Source of the DNA: Heptranchias perlo
Taxonomy: Eukaryota
Assembly: GCF_035084215.1 (NCBI RefSeq)
Contig: NW_027139581.1
Coordinates: 4,216,001 to 4,280,000 of the forward strand
Reading direction: 5' to 3'
Length of the DNA stretch: 64,000 bases
A program made the translations under genes and the position numbers. The stretch's first letter is position 1. Each line of letters opens with the position of its first letter. Under the pieces are notes generated by a model. It was not told the DNA's origin and searched no databases. It saw only the letters and a list, made by a program, of their open reading frames with translations. This document shows positions 50,357 through 64,000 of the stretch, piece by piece.

Positions 50357-51179
50357 TCTATCTATCTCTTTATCCATCCATCCATCTATCTATCTCTCTA
50401 TTCATCCCTCCATCCACCTATCTATCTCTGTACCTATCCATCGATCTATCTTTCTCACTATCTATCCATCCATCCATTTATCTATCTCTCTATCTACCTA
50501 TATATCCATCTNNNNNNNNNNNNNNNNNNNNNNNNNNNNNNNNNNNNNNNNNNNNNNNNNNNNNNNNNNNNNNNNNNNNNNNNNNNNNNNNNNNNNNNNN
50601 NNNNNNNNNNNNNNNNNNNNNNNNNNNNNNNNNNNNNNNNNNNNNNNNNNNNNNNNNNNNNNNNNNNNNNNNNNNNNNNNNNNNTCTATCTATCCGTACA
50701 TCTATCTATCTATCTGTTCATCCATCCATCTATCTATCTCTCTATCTATCCATCCATACATCTATCTATTTATCTGTTCATCCATCCATTTTTCTATCTC
50801 TCTATCTATCCATCCACTTATCTATCTATCTCTCTTTCTATCCATCCATCTATCTCTCTTTCTATCTATCCATCCATCTATCTGTCTATCTATCTATCTC
50901 TCTCAATCTATCCATCCATGCAGCTATCTAACTGTCATACTCTCTCTATCTATCTATCCATTCATTGATCTATCTGTATTTCGTTCTCTCTCCATCTATC
51001 CATCCACCCATCTATCTATCTCTCCATCTATTCATCCATCCATCTATCTATTTGTCTTTCTCTATATCTCCATCCATCCATCTATCTATGTATCTATCTT
51101 TCTCTCTCTCTCTATCTATCCATCAATACATCTATCTGTGTATCTACCTTTCTCTCTGTATCTATCTATTCATCCACAC

Positions 51180-51215
<36 letters not shown>

Positions 51216-51365
51216 CTCTAACTATCGATCTGTCTATCTCTCTACCGAAACATCCATCCATCCATTCATCTCTCTATCTATCTTTCTCTATCTATCTACC
51301 CATCCATTCATCTCTCTATCTATCTTTCTTTCTCGATCTATCCATCCATCCATCTATCCATCTGT
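50357..51365. repeat. (TATC/CATC)n microsatellite spanning an assembly gap
   Basis: Direct inspection. Confidence 0.95.
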
Positions 51366-51499
51366 CTTTATAAATCGATGTATCCAGTCATCCAGCAATT
51401 ACCTGGACGGAGCCTGTGGGCTTTTATTCAGAGCCTGAGACCTACACTAGTTGTTTATAAAGCTTCCCTGCCCACCCACAGGTCCTATTCCTCCACCAT

Positions 51500-51655
51500 G
51501 CCCACCATCTCCGACCGGAAACCGACGCGTCTGTTCTGCCTCAGTCAGCCGCCAACATTCGTACTGCGCATGCTCAGAGGCCAGAGTCTGCTCACCAGGC
51601 GCCTGTCGTTGTCAAAAGGGCTCATTCTGCCGCGCGGGGGAATTCTGGGTAAGCA
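51500..51655 (+). promoter_or_regulatory. CpG-rich promoter / non-coding first exon, probably of the ZNF pseudogene
   Basis: CCGGAA (ETS-like), TGCGCATGCTC (NRF1-like, 51565-51575) and donor GG|GTAAGC at 51649. Confidence 0.45.
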
Positions 51656-52009
51656 CATCACCACTGAAGGCCCGAATTCGTGTCCGTAACATTATTTTAC
51701 ATCCCATCGGGATTGGGGCCGGAGGGTCAATGAACGAAATTAATAAATACATTAATAAATAAATTATGCAGGAACCCGAGTGCCCGGACCCTCAGCCATG
51801 GAGTGATGTCCGCTGGTCGCCAGTTTTCCTTCACTAACTCGCACCTCAGCCCCTCCCCGCCCAGTCTGGTTTAATTGCGAAATGTTTTCGAACTGTGTTT
51901 TCTAACTCGACTTCAGGCCTGTCATTATGATGGAAACTTACGAGTCCCTGTTTTTTGTGTGGCCGACCCGATAATAAGCTGGCAGCACTTGGAACAATCA
52001 GAAAATAAT

Positions 52010-53225
52010 CAATAAGGCCTTTATGCTGGCCTTTATATCCAGAGGACAAGAGTACAAGGGGGCAGAAGTTATGCTGCAGCTATACAAAACCCTGGTTGGA
52101 CCGTACCTGGAGTACTGTGAGCAGTTCTGGGCACCGCTCCTTCGGAAGGACATATTGGGCTTGGAGGGAGTGCAGCGTAGGTTTACTAGAATGATACCCG
52201 GACTTCAAGGGTTAAGTTACGAGGAGACATTACATAAATTGGGGTTGTATTCTCTCGAGTTTCGAATGTTAAGGGGTGATCTGATCGAAGTTTACAAGAT
52301 ATTAAGGAGAACAGATAGGGTGGATAGAGAGAAACTATTTCCGCTGGTTGGGGATTCTAGGAGTAGGGGGCACAGTCTAAAAATTAGAGCCAGACCTTGC
52401 AGGAGTGAGATTAGAAAACATTTCTACACACAAAGGGTGGTAGAAGTTTGGAACTCTCTTCCACAAACGGCAATTGATGCTCGCTCAATTGCTAAATTTA
52501 AATCTGAGATAGATAGCTTTTTGGCAACCAAAGGTATTAAGGGATATGGGCCAAAGGCAGGTGTATTGAGTTAGATCACAGATCAGCCATGATCTTATCA
52601 AATGGCGGAGCAGGAACGAGGGGCTGAATGGCCGAATCCTGTTTCGATATTCCTATGTTCCGAACAAGTTGTTTTTTAAGATGGAAAGGAAGTGCCACTC
52701 GCAATCTCATTGAAACGTATAAGATTATGAGAGGGCTTGACAGTGTAGATGCTGAGAGGCTGTTACCCCTGGTTAAAGAGTCGAGAACTCGGGGGCATAG
52801 TCTCAGGATAAGGGGTCGGTCATTTAGGACTGAGATGAGGAGAAAATTCTTCACTCAGTGGGTGGTCAATGTCTGATAGAGTGGATCGTGAGGACTTATG
52901 TCCCTTAGCAGAGAGGTCAATAACAAGGGGTGACTGATTTAAAGTAAGTGGTAAAAGGATTAGACGGGAGCTGAGGAGAAATCTTTTCACCCAGAGTATG
53001 GCGGGGGTCGGGAACTTACTACCTGAAAGAGTGGTAGAGGCAGAAACCATTATAGCATTTAAAAAGTACTTGGATGTGCACTTGAAGTGCCATAAGTTAC
53101 AAGGCTACGGACCAAGTGCTGCAAGGTGGGATTCGGCTGGATAGCTCTTTTTCGGTGGGCACAGACATGATGGGCGAATGGCCTCCTTGTGTGCTGTAAA
53201 TTTCGACGATTCTATGATTTCTATG
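52010..53225 (+). mobile_element. Three stacked CR1 3' ends
   Basis: ORF 52023-52574 is an ORF2 C-terminus; two more tails follow. Confidence 0.9.
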
Positions 53226-53226
53226 A

Positions 53227-53525
53227 TTCAGGGTCCCAGTGACCAGGTAAAAAGAGTGGGCGGGGCTTCAGGCTCCCAGTGACCACGTTCAAAGAGTGGG
53301 CGTGGCTTCAGGGACCCCTGACCGGGAACAAAGATTGGACAGGGTTTTCGGGTCCCAGCAACCAGGAAGAAAGGGTGGGCGGGGCTTCAGGATCCCAATG
53401 ACCAGGAACAAAGAGTGGGCGGGGTTCAGTGTCCCCGTGACCAGGAACAAAGAGTGGGCGGGGCTTCAGGGTCCTAATGACCTGAACAAAGAGTGGGCGG
53501 GGCTTCAGGTTCTCAATGACCAGGA
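53227..53525. repeat. 40-bp GC-box minisatellite, about 7.5 copies
   Basis: Unit TTCAGGGTCCCAGTGACCAGGAACAAAGAGTGGGCGGGGC. Confidence 0.9.
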
Positions 53526-53964
53526 GAGAAAATCATTGAATAGAATCATGGAATGGTGACAACACAGGAGGCCATTCGGCCTATGAAGCTTGTGCTGGTT
53601 CTTTGTAAGAGCAATCCAGTTAGTCCCATTCCTCCGCTCTTACCCCACAGCCTTGCATTTTTTTTCCTTACAAATATTTATCGAATTGCTTTTTGAAAGC
53701 CACGATTGAATCTGCATCCACCACCCTTCCAGGCAGCTCATTCCAGATCATAATTACTTATTCATTTTATTCTCATTCTGCACACGGGGTGCAGAACTGA
53801 ACCCAACCAGAGTAGAGGGAGGGAGAAAACTGGGAGCAGAGGAAAAGTACGCGAGAGAGAGTGAGATGGGTTTGGATTTCAGCACAGGGAGGAGGGAGAG
53901 TTTGTGGGAAAGGGATTTACAGTCTGGGGGAATAAGAGAGGAAAGAATGGTCCATAGAAACTAT

Positions 53965-54603
53965 AAACTGGCAAATGGTATGTTGGCCTTCATTGCAAGT
54001 GGATTTGAGTTCAGGAGCAAGGAAGTCTTACTGCAGATATACAGGGCCTCAGTGAGACCACACCTGGAGTATTGAGTGCAGTTTCGATCTCCTTACCTAA
54101 GAAAGGATATACTTACTATAGAGGGAGTGCAGCGAAAGTTCTCCAGACTGATTCTTGGGTTGGCAGGAATGTCATATGAGGAGAGATTGGGTCGACTCGC
54201 CCTGTATGCACTCAAGTTTCGAAGAATAAGAGGGGATCTCCTTGAAGCATAGGGCTAGACAGACTGGATGCAGGCAGGATGCTTCCCCTGGTTGGGAGGG
54301 GGGTCCAGAACGAGGGGTCACATTTCAGGTTACGGGGTAGGACATTTAGGACTGAGATGAGGAGAAATTTCTTCACTCGGAGTGTGGTGAACCTGTGAAA
54401 TTCTCTACCACAGAAGGCCAAATCACTGAATAATTTAAGAAGGAGCTAGATAGATTCGTAGACGCAAAAGGCATCAAGGGGTATGGGGAGAGAGCGGGAC
54501 TATGGTGTTGTAATAGAGGATCAGCCATGATCATATTGAATGGCAGAGCTGGCAGAAAGGGCCGAATGGCCTACTCCTGCTCCTATTTTCTAAGTTTCTA
54601 TGT
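53965..54603 (+). mobile_element. CR1 3' portion inserted in the ZNF intron
   Basis: ANGMLAFIA...RPHLEY plus 3' UTR. Confidence 0.88.
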
Positions 54604-54664
54604 TTGCCTGTGCTGAATTTCTATCCTGTATTCACAATGATGATTTTTGTAAACTCTTTTACAG

Positions 54665-55330
<666 letters not shown>

Positions 55331-55689
55331 TGCAGGGGTTGGATTCTGCTGTTTTTGCCGCTGTTAATCACATCCAGGACTGAACCATGTTCATTCTGAC
55401 AGTTGGGGTCTGTTTCTGATGTTAATAACCCCGAGAACTGGGCTGGAGTTTAATATTCTGTATAAGTGTCAAACAAACCAGCTTTCTTTTAAACACAGTG
55501 TGTCTGGTCCTTGATATCTCGATGATAAGACAAGCTGATTGAAGATTTATTATGAAATTAGAGGAATCCATCTTAGAACTGAGTTCGTACAACTTTTTAA
55601 AAGATGGATCGACAAGATGTCGAAGTCTGAGAGGACAGAACATTCTATGATATCACAGGGTCCACTTCAATCAGCCTGAGCAGATTTCC

Positions 55690-57005
55690 ACTCCCCGTGT
55701 GTGATAAAGAGCTTCCGGATTTCACTCCGAGACGCCCGAGCTCTAATTTTAAGGTCATGCTCTATTGTTCAGGATTCCCCCACCACAGAAAATAGTTTCT
55801 ATTTCTACCCTATCGAATCCCTTTATCATTTTAAATCCCTGGATCAGATCACCCTCAACCTTCTAAACTCAAAGGAATACAAACCAAGTTTCTGCACCCT
55901 ATCCTCATAATTGAACTCTTCAAGCCCCGGTATCATTCTGGTGAATCTGCACTGTCCCCCCTCCAAGGCCAATATATCCGTGTTGAGGATCAGTACACCA
56001 GAGGGGCTCTGACCGAGGCTCTGTAGAACTGAAGCACAACTTCCTCCCCTTTGTATTCCAGCCCTCGAGATAAAGGCCAACATTTCATTAGTCTTTGTGA
56101 TTACTTTTTGCATCTGAGCATTAGCTTTTAGTGATCTGTGTACATGGACACCCTTTGCTCCTCCACAGCTCCCAGTCTCCACTTTAAGAAAATACTCCAA
56201 TGTTTCCTTCTTGCATCCAAAGTGGATGATCTCACACTTCCCCACACTGAACTCCATCTGCCACAGTTTTGTCCACTCACTTAATCTGTCCCTTTGTAAC
56301 TTCCTGCTCCCATCTACACAATTTACTGTGCCTCCTAACTTAGTGTCATCTGCAAACTTGGATAGAAAACTCTCTATTCCTTCATCCAAGTTATTGATAA
56401 ATATGGTGAAAAGCTGAGGCCCCAGTCCAGATCCCTGGGGAACACCACTTGTCACATCCCACCAATCAAAGAACGTTCCCTTTATCCCCACTCTCTGTCT
56501 CCTGCCTCCCCACCAATTCCAACCCAAGTGACAAGGTCACTTTCAATTTTGTGCACTTTTATTTTTGCTAATTATCTCTTGTGCTGAACCTTATCAAATG
56601 CCTTCTGGAAGTCCATACAGACAATATCCATCGACACTCCCTTTCCACCCTGTTAGTGACCTTAAACAATTCCACTAGATTAGTCAGGCATGACCTACCC
56701 TTCACAAATCCATGCTGTCTCGCTGACTCTCTTTGATCAGCTCCGACTTGTTCAAGTCCTCAATCATTTTGTCTGTGATGATAGATTCCAGTAACTTCCC
56801 CACAACGGATGTTAACATGAAATATTTTCCTGGTTTCTCTCTCACTCTTTAAATAACGAAGTGACATTTTCAATTTTCATATCCAGAGGCACAATTCCCG
56901 AGTCCAGAGAGCTTTGTGAAACTATGCCGAATGTTTCTGTAATTTCCCCACCTGTTTCCTTTGATACCCTGAGGGACAAAACATCAGGTCCTGGAGATTT
57001 CATTC
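55690..57005 (-). mobile_element. CR1 RT and 3' portion
   Basis: SGVPQGSGLGPQLF...SKFADDTK. Confidence 0.9.
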
Positions 57006-57294
57006 TTTCTTTGCAGTTATTTATTTATCAATTTCCAGAGATAACTGATTTATATTTAATATTAAACATTGATGATCAGATGAGTTTTATTTGTATTATT
57101 CTAGCCACTTTTTATTGCTTGCTTTACTAAGATTCGCCTGTTTATTTCTCTTATTGCATCAGTTTTTATGAATTTCCTTGTTATTAATCACTTCTTTCAT
57201 ACAAACCTCAGATTCCCCAGTCTAAGTTCCCTCGGTTAACTCGAGGTTTTCACTTCCACCACTGAAACTGGAAGATCAACTTCAGGTAACGACT

Positions 57295-57430
57295 GGGGAG
57301 ATCACGTGATTTGGCATTGGGGCGATCACATGATGGAGGACTGGGGAGATCACATGGCGAGGCACAGGGGCGATCACGTGACGAGGTACAGGGGCGATCA
57401 CATGGCGAGGTACTGTGGAGGTCACATGTC
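57295..57430. repeat. 24-bp tandem repeat, 5-6 copies
   Basis: GGGGCGATCACATGGCGAGGCACA-like units. Confidence 0.75.
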
Positions 57431-58330
57431 GATTTATTGTGGACATTGCAGGTTTCCTGATCTGGGGTCTCCCTCCATCAGCTGCCCCTGATCGTGTAGA
57501 CAAGCCCGACTCCCTGATCCTGACTGCATTATCCACTCATTATACCCGTGACAGCCGAAATATACACCCCTGCCCCTGCACAACCACCCCCCGCCGTGTG
57601 TCTCCGTCTCACCTCAGACGCTCAGTCCAGAAGGTGCCGGCTGTGGACATTGCTTGACTGGTGTCCCATTGCCTGTATGGAGATCACAGACTGCTGCATG
57701 GAGTCAGGTGAAATAGAGCGTGGCGGACACAGGAAATGTAACATCAGCCCTGTAATCCCCACCCCCTGACCCTCAAAGTGTACCTGTCTGTGGACAGAGT
57801 TCTGTGTCTGGGAGTCAGACCGAGTGTCTGTGAGCAGCCGTTCTGTGGGGTTTTCATCCGGTAGGAGGGCCGGTAACTGTCTTCCCCGGAGGGCAGGGGA
57901 AGGGGGAGAGTAAGGAGTCAATAAGAGGGGGTTCATCCTATGACATGTGAATGTCACTGCACCATTTTAAAGTTGGGTCTTCCCTAAACGGACACCAAGT
58001 GATTCATTGTAAAGTTTGTGTATCTCCGAGCCCCAGACAGCTTCCTTCAGACATCATTCAAACCAAAGGTGATGTGTGAAGGGGAAGCTCTGTTTGAAAT
58101 GCTGATTCTCGGTCAAACACAGAGCAGGGACTGGTCTGCACGGCACGTCTGTGATGTCACAATACTCAGGCACAGTGTCATGGAACCGTCACCGCTTTAT
58201 GACATCACTGATCATGCAGTTCCAAGCAACCAACCTAGGAACCAACCTCACAGAACACTGCATATATTGGGTTGTGTTTAGCTCGGGGCCTTATCGGGAA
58301 CTGAAAGAGGAGCTGGGTTCAATATGTGTG

Positions 58331-60453
58331 GAGATCACTTTACTCCCTGTACATCATCACTTTATACCCTGTACAGCTCCACTTTATACCCTGTACATCA
58401 CCACTTTATACCCTGTACATCACCACTTTATACCCTGTACATCACCACTTTATACCCTGCACATCATCACTTTACACCCTGTACATCATCACTTTACACT
58501 CTGTACATCACCACTTTATACCTGGTACATCATCACTTTATACCCTGTACATCTCCACTTTATACCCTGTACATCACCACTTCATACACAATACATCACC
58601 ACTTTATACCCATGACAACACCACTTTATGCACTGTACATCACCACTTGATAACAAGGACATCACCACTTTATACCCTGAACATCACCACTTTATACACA
58701 ATACATCACCACTTTATAACCTGTACATCACCACTTTATACACAATACATCACCACTTTATAACCTGTGCATCACCACTTTATACCCACTACATCACCAC
58801 TTTATACCCTGTACATCACCACTTTATACACAATACATCACCAATTTATAACCTGTGCATCACCAATTCATACCCACTACATCACCACTTTATACCCTTT
58901 ACATCATCACTTTATACCCTGTACATCACCAATTTATACACAATACATCACCACTTTACACCCACTACATCACAACTTTATACATTGCACATCAACACTT
59001 TATAACCTGTGCATCACCACTTTATACCCTGTACATCATCAATTTATACACTCTACATCACCACATTACACAAAGTACATCACCACTTTATACCCTGTGC
59101 ATCACCACTTTATACCCTGTACATCACCACTTTATACCCTGTACATCACCACATTACACAAAGTACATCACCACTTTATACCCTGTACATCACCACATTA
59201 CACCAAGTACATCACCACTTTATGCAATGTACAACACTAAGTTTTAACCTGTATATCATCACTTTATATCCTATACATCACCACTTTATACCACGTACAT
59301 CACAAATTTATACCGAGTACAGCACCACTTTATACACTGTACATCACCACTTTGCACCCGTTACATCACCACTTTATACCCTATTCATCACAACTTTATA
59401 ACCTGTACATCACCACTTTAGAACAAGTACATCACCACTTTATACCCTTTACATCACCACTTTACACCCGGTACATCACCACTATATACCCTGCACAACA
59501 TCACATTACACCAAGTACATCACCACTTTATACCCTGTTCATCACCACTTTATACCCTGTACATCAACACTTTATACCCTGCACATCACCACTTTATACC
59601 CTGTACATCAACACTTTATACCCTGTACATCACCACTTTATACCCTGTACATCACCACTTTATACCCTGTACATCACCAATTTATACCCTGTACATCACC
59701 ACTTCATACCCTGTACATCATCAATTTATACCCTGTACATCACCACTTCATACCCTGTACATCACCACTTTATACCCTGTACATCACCACTTTATACCCT
59801 GTACATCACCAATTTATACCCTGTACATCACCACTTCATACCCTGTACATCATCAATTTATACCCTGTACATCACCACTTTATATCCTGTACATCACCAC
59901 TTTATACCACGTACATCACAAATTTATACCGAGTACATCACCATTTTATACCCAATACATCACCACTTTATACCTCGTGCATCACAACTTTATACCCTGT
60001 ACATCACCACTTTATACCCTGTACATCACCACTTCATAACAAGTACATCACCACTATATACCCTTTACATCACCACTTTATACCCGATATATCACCACTT
60101 TATACCCTGTACAACATCACATTATACCAAGTACATCACCACTTTATACCCAGTACATCACCAATTTATGAACTGTACAGCATCACTTTATACCCTGTAC
60201 ATCATCACTTTATACCCTGCCCTTCACCACATTATACCTTGTATATCACTACTTTCTACCTGGTACATCACCATTTCAAAACCTGTACATCACCATTTAT
60301 ATCCTGAACATCATCACATTATACCCTGTACGTCAACTCTTTTACTCGGTACATCAGCACTTTATAACAAGTACATCACCACTTTATACCTTGCGAATCA
60401 CCACTTCATACTCTGTACGTCACCACTATATATCCGGTACATCACCACTTTGT
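58331..60453. repeat. 22-bp minisatellite (about 95 copies by length)
   Basis: Unit CCCTGTACATCACCACTTTATA. Confidence 0.96.
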
Positions 60454-60454
60454 T

Positions 60455-61880
60455 CAAATAGTTTTCAATTAAGGAGAGTTAAACGAGGAAATTATAGACC
60501 TAATTCGTCTAAGTTCAACTGTCGGGAAGTTACTGGAATATGTTATTAGGGACAGAGTGACTGAGCATATGGACAAATTTGAGCTGATCAGAGAGAGCAG
60601 CATGGATTTCTAAAGGGTGAGTCATGTCGAACGAACCTAGTCGAATTTTCTGAGGAGGTAATTAATGTGGTGGATAAGGGAGTGTCGATGGATGTAATTT
60701 ATATGAACTTCCAGAAGACATTCGACAAGATTCCACATAAGAGATTGTTCACAATAACGTGAGCGTCTGGAATTGGAGGTAACCTATTGGGTTGGGCAGG
60801 GAATTGGTTATGAGGTAGGAGACAGAGAGTAAGGGTAATGGCTGTGTTACTCAAATTGGCAGGATGTGACTGGTGGTGTCCCCCAGGGATCTGTACTGGG
60901 ATCGTAGTTTTTCACTGCATTTATAGATGAATTGGATGAAGGAACAGAAAGCCGTATATCTAAGTTTGCTGACGGCACTAAGTTAGGAAGCACAATCAAT
61001 ATTGTCGATGGCAGCAGATGGTTGCAAAGGGACATTGATCTGTTAAGTGAATGGGCAAAACTGTGGCAGATCGAGTTCAAGATGGGAAAGTGTGAGATCA
61101 TCCATATTGGACCTAAGAAAAATTGATTGGAGTATTTCCGAAATGGCGAGAAACTGGGAACTGTGGAAAAGCAGGGAAATTTAGGGGTCCAATTGCAGAA
61201 ATCACTAAAAGGTGATGGACAGGTACCAAAATAATTTAAAGAGCTAACGGAAAGTTGGCCTTTTTCATAAGAGGGCAGGAATACAAATGAGTGGAAGTTA
61301 TGTTACAGCTGTACAAAGCTCTGGTTAGACACCATCTGGAGACTGCGTTGAGTTCTGTGCACCGCACCTCAGGAAGGATATATTGGCGTTGGAGGGGGTG
61401 CAGCACAGATCCACCAGAATGATTCCGAGGCTAAAACGGTTAAATTATGAGATCAGGTTGCAGAGACTCGGCTTTTATTCCCTTGAGTATCGAAGATTAA
61501 GGAGTGAACTTATTGAGGTGTTTAAGATGATTAAAGGATTTTATAGGGTCGGCAGAGAGAAACTCTTTCCTCTGGTGGGAGGGTCGAGAGCAAGAGGGCG
61601 TAACCTTAAAATTATAGCTTGGCTGTTCAGACGTGATGTCAGAAAGCATTTCTTCACACAAAGGGGAGTCGAAATCTGGAACTCTCTTCCCCAAAAAGCT
61701 GTTGAGACTGGGGTCAATTGAAAATTCAAAACTGATATCGATAGATCTTTGCGAAGCGAGGGTATTAAGGGTTACAAAACCAAGGGGGAAAATGGAGTTA
61801 AGATACAGATCAGCCATGATCGAATTGAAGGAGGAACAAGCCTGAGGGACTCAATGGCCTCCTCCGGTAACTATATCTCT
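60455..61880 (+). mobile_element. CR1 RT and 3' portion
   Basis: ISKFADGTK, ALEGVQ...RMIP and C-terminus. Confidence 0.9.
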
Positions 61881-62482
61881 GAGGAGAAGTGAAATGATTA
61901 TTAAAAGATGACTCTCTGGTCCTCACACCATGGGCTGCATGTGTTGAGGGTGAGCTGGGCACAGTTCATGGTTCATCCTCCCCAACCGCAGTCTTCAAAG
62001 GGACATTTTATTTGGTGAATTCCATAAAAGTCCATGGGACAGATAGACCGGGAGCCTTTAAAAGGCTGAAACCACTTATAATTGAACGCCTTCCTCCCCG
62101 GCTGCAGGTTGGTCCGAGGACTTTACCCCCAGTTTTCCCTGGGGTTGCTGGGTACTCAGAGGCCTGTCCCCTGGGGCCTCTAAAATGACACAGCGACCTT
62201 CCCCGCCCCGCCCGCCTTGTGTAAACACATGAAACAAGAGTCTGGCGGACGGGAGCTTCATCCACCCGCCCCAGGCCGCACCAGAGGACTTAGCGGGGCT
62301 AAAAACCAGCAGGAATCAAGCGGGACTGATCTCCGCGGACTTCCCCACCTCTACCGTCCCTGTTAGTCACTAAATCAGGGCGGTGAAAGATGTAAACCGG
62401 CCTCACTGTGTTTGTATCACAGAGATGAGGGGATTGGGCAGAACACCAGACCAACACCTTGTGATGATGGAAAGTCTTCTCA

Positions 62483-63381
62483 TTATTTAATGAATTTAAC
62501 AATTCCAGTAAAGGGATATTTCACCACATTCTTCAACTCCTCTCTGAATTTAGTCTGGGTCACGGCATAAATACACGTGTTGGTGCAGCAACTCAGGAGC
62601 TGGAGCATAAATCCCAGTTCTTGTACAAATTTAGGGAGATACACAGGAATAAAGTCTAACCCATATGATCGGTACCATACAAAATACAACAGAAACACCG
62701 CCCATAACAGGATAAAATTCCCCGATATAACAAATAGTAAAACGATGGATTTCCTTCTCTTCTCCATCTCTGGGTCACTGGGACTCTCCCCACTGCTGTG
62801 GGCCCGGAGTCTCCTGCGGACTCGGCTCGACAATAAAATGTGTCTGACGGTTAAAGCATTGAGCAGCAGAATCAGAACAAATGGAACAAATGGGGTTAAA
62901 ATATAATGAAGGAATTCAATTATTACCCAAAAGTGTACATCAATAACATTACCTGACATATAACAAAACCAGGGAGAATTACTAATCCAATATTCACCTC
63001 CACACATGAAGTACCAGAAAGTGTTCTTCACACAGAACAGCACACTCACTGTTCCCAGAACCACAGCCGCCGTTTTCTCAGTGCAAAATTTTGTTTTCAG
63101 CTTCTGGCAACAAATGGCCACAAATCGATCAAAGGTGAAAGTGATTGTGAACCAGACAGAACAGTCTGTGGCTGCGTAAAGCAGGACGGCGTGGATATTA
63201 CACACTCTGGAGCGCAACAAGAACCGAAACTGAGCCGAATAAAGAATAGGAATCTGCCTGAATATCAGATCAGTGATAACGACCAGTAGATCCGCCGCTG
63301 CCATGGACACCAGGTAACGGGTGACACATTTGGAGAGACCGCACCTTCCTCGAGACAGGATCACAATCGTCACTAAGTTCA
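62483..63381 (-). CDS. Class A GPCR, GPR139/GPR142-like, main coding exon (5' exon outside the window)
   Basis: Acceptor ttcccttccttacag|TG AAC. Open ~299 aa with TM1 end to TM7: NLVTIVIL...YLVSMAAADLL...FTFDRFVAIC...YILTPFVPF...SCCTNTCIY...KFREE. Confidence 0.88.
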
Positions 63382-63589
63382 CTGTAAGGAAGGGAAAACA
63401 GGGAATTATACTTCAGACTGGGAGTAAAAGCAGCAGTTCGGTCGAATTCAGGGTGAAATGTTCAGTTATTATTGAATCCAGGGAAATAATCTAATTCCCT
63501 TACCTATGAGAGAACTTTCTGCTGTGGAGAGGGTTTATTTGTAAAGCACCGCCCTGGTGTAGCAGGAAACAAATCGCACTATATGAATT

Positions 63590-64000
63590 AAGAGCAGGAA
63601 TGGACCATTCGGCCCCTCGAGCCTGCTCTGTCATTTAATAAGATCATGGCTGATCTGATTGTGACATCAACCATACTTTCCCGTCTACCTACTATAACAT
63701 TTGACTCCCTTGATAATCAGGAATCCATCTAACTCAGCCTTAAAAATATTCAATGAGCCTGCCTCCACCGCTCTGTGGGGAAGGGAGTTCTCCAGACTCA
63801 CCACCCCCCGAGAGAAAAAAAAATGTCATCTCCTTCTTAAATGGGAGACCCCTTGTTTTTAAACTGTGGACCCTGGTTCTAGTCTCTCCCACAAATGGAA
63901 ACATCCCCACAGCATCTACCCCTTCTAGTCCCCTCAGGATCTTATATATATTTCAATAAGGTCACCCCTCATTCTTTTAAACTCCAATGCATACATGCCC
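63590..64000 (-). mobile_element. CR1 3' end in the GPCR intron
   Basis: CR1 3' UTR and ORF2 C-terminus on the minus strand. Confidence 0.85.

Noticed and set aside
58151-60461. Long His/Thr/Tyr-rich ORFs (up to 369 aa)
   Set aside because: Translations of a 22-bp minisatellite, with overlapping ORFs in all three frames.

Overview
Repeat-rich cartilaginous-fish (shark-type) genomic DNA. The left third (minus strand) holds an apparently intact, unrearranged immunoglobulin heavy-chain cluster: leader, V(RSS23), (12)D1(22), (12)D2(12), (23)J, CH1-CH4 with a secretory tailpiece. The transmembrane exons would lie left of the window. The four constant exons are IgM (mu)-type, but the V segment has IgW/IgX-type framework signatures. 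A germline IgW-V/IgM-C hybrid cluster is therefore the main candidate discovery; it rests on comparison with recalled sequences and needs a database and long-read check. The J-CH1 intron carries a 21-copy ~63-bp tandem array expanded inside a palindromic element. The rest of the window is mostly nested CR1 and other LINEs, Deu-domain SINEs and mini/microsatellites. It also has two candidate lymphoid-enhancer motif clusters, a C2H2 zinc-finger pseudogene with an internal fold-back inversion, and the large coding exon of a GPR139/142-like class A GPCR. Assembly gaps lie at 20154-20286, 26045-26181 and 50512-50684, none inside the Ig cluster.
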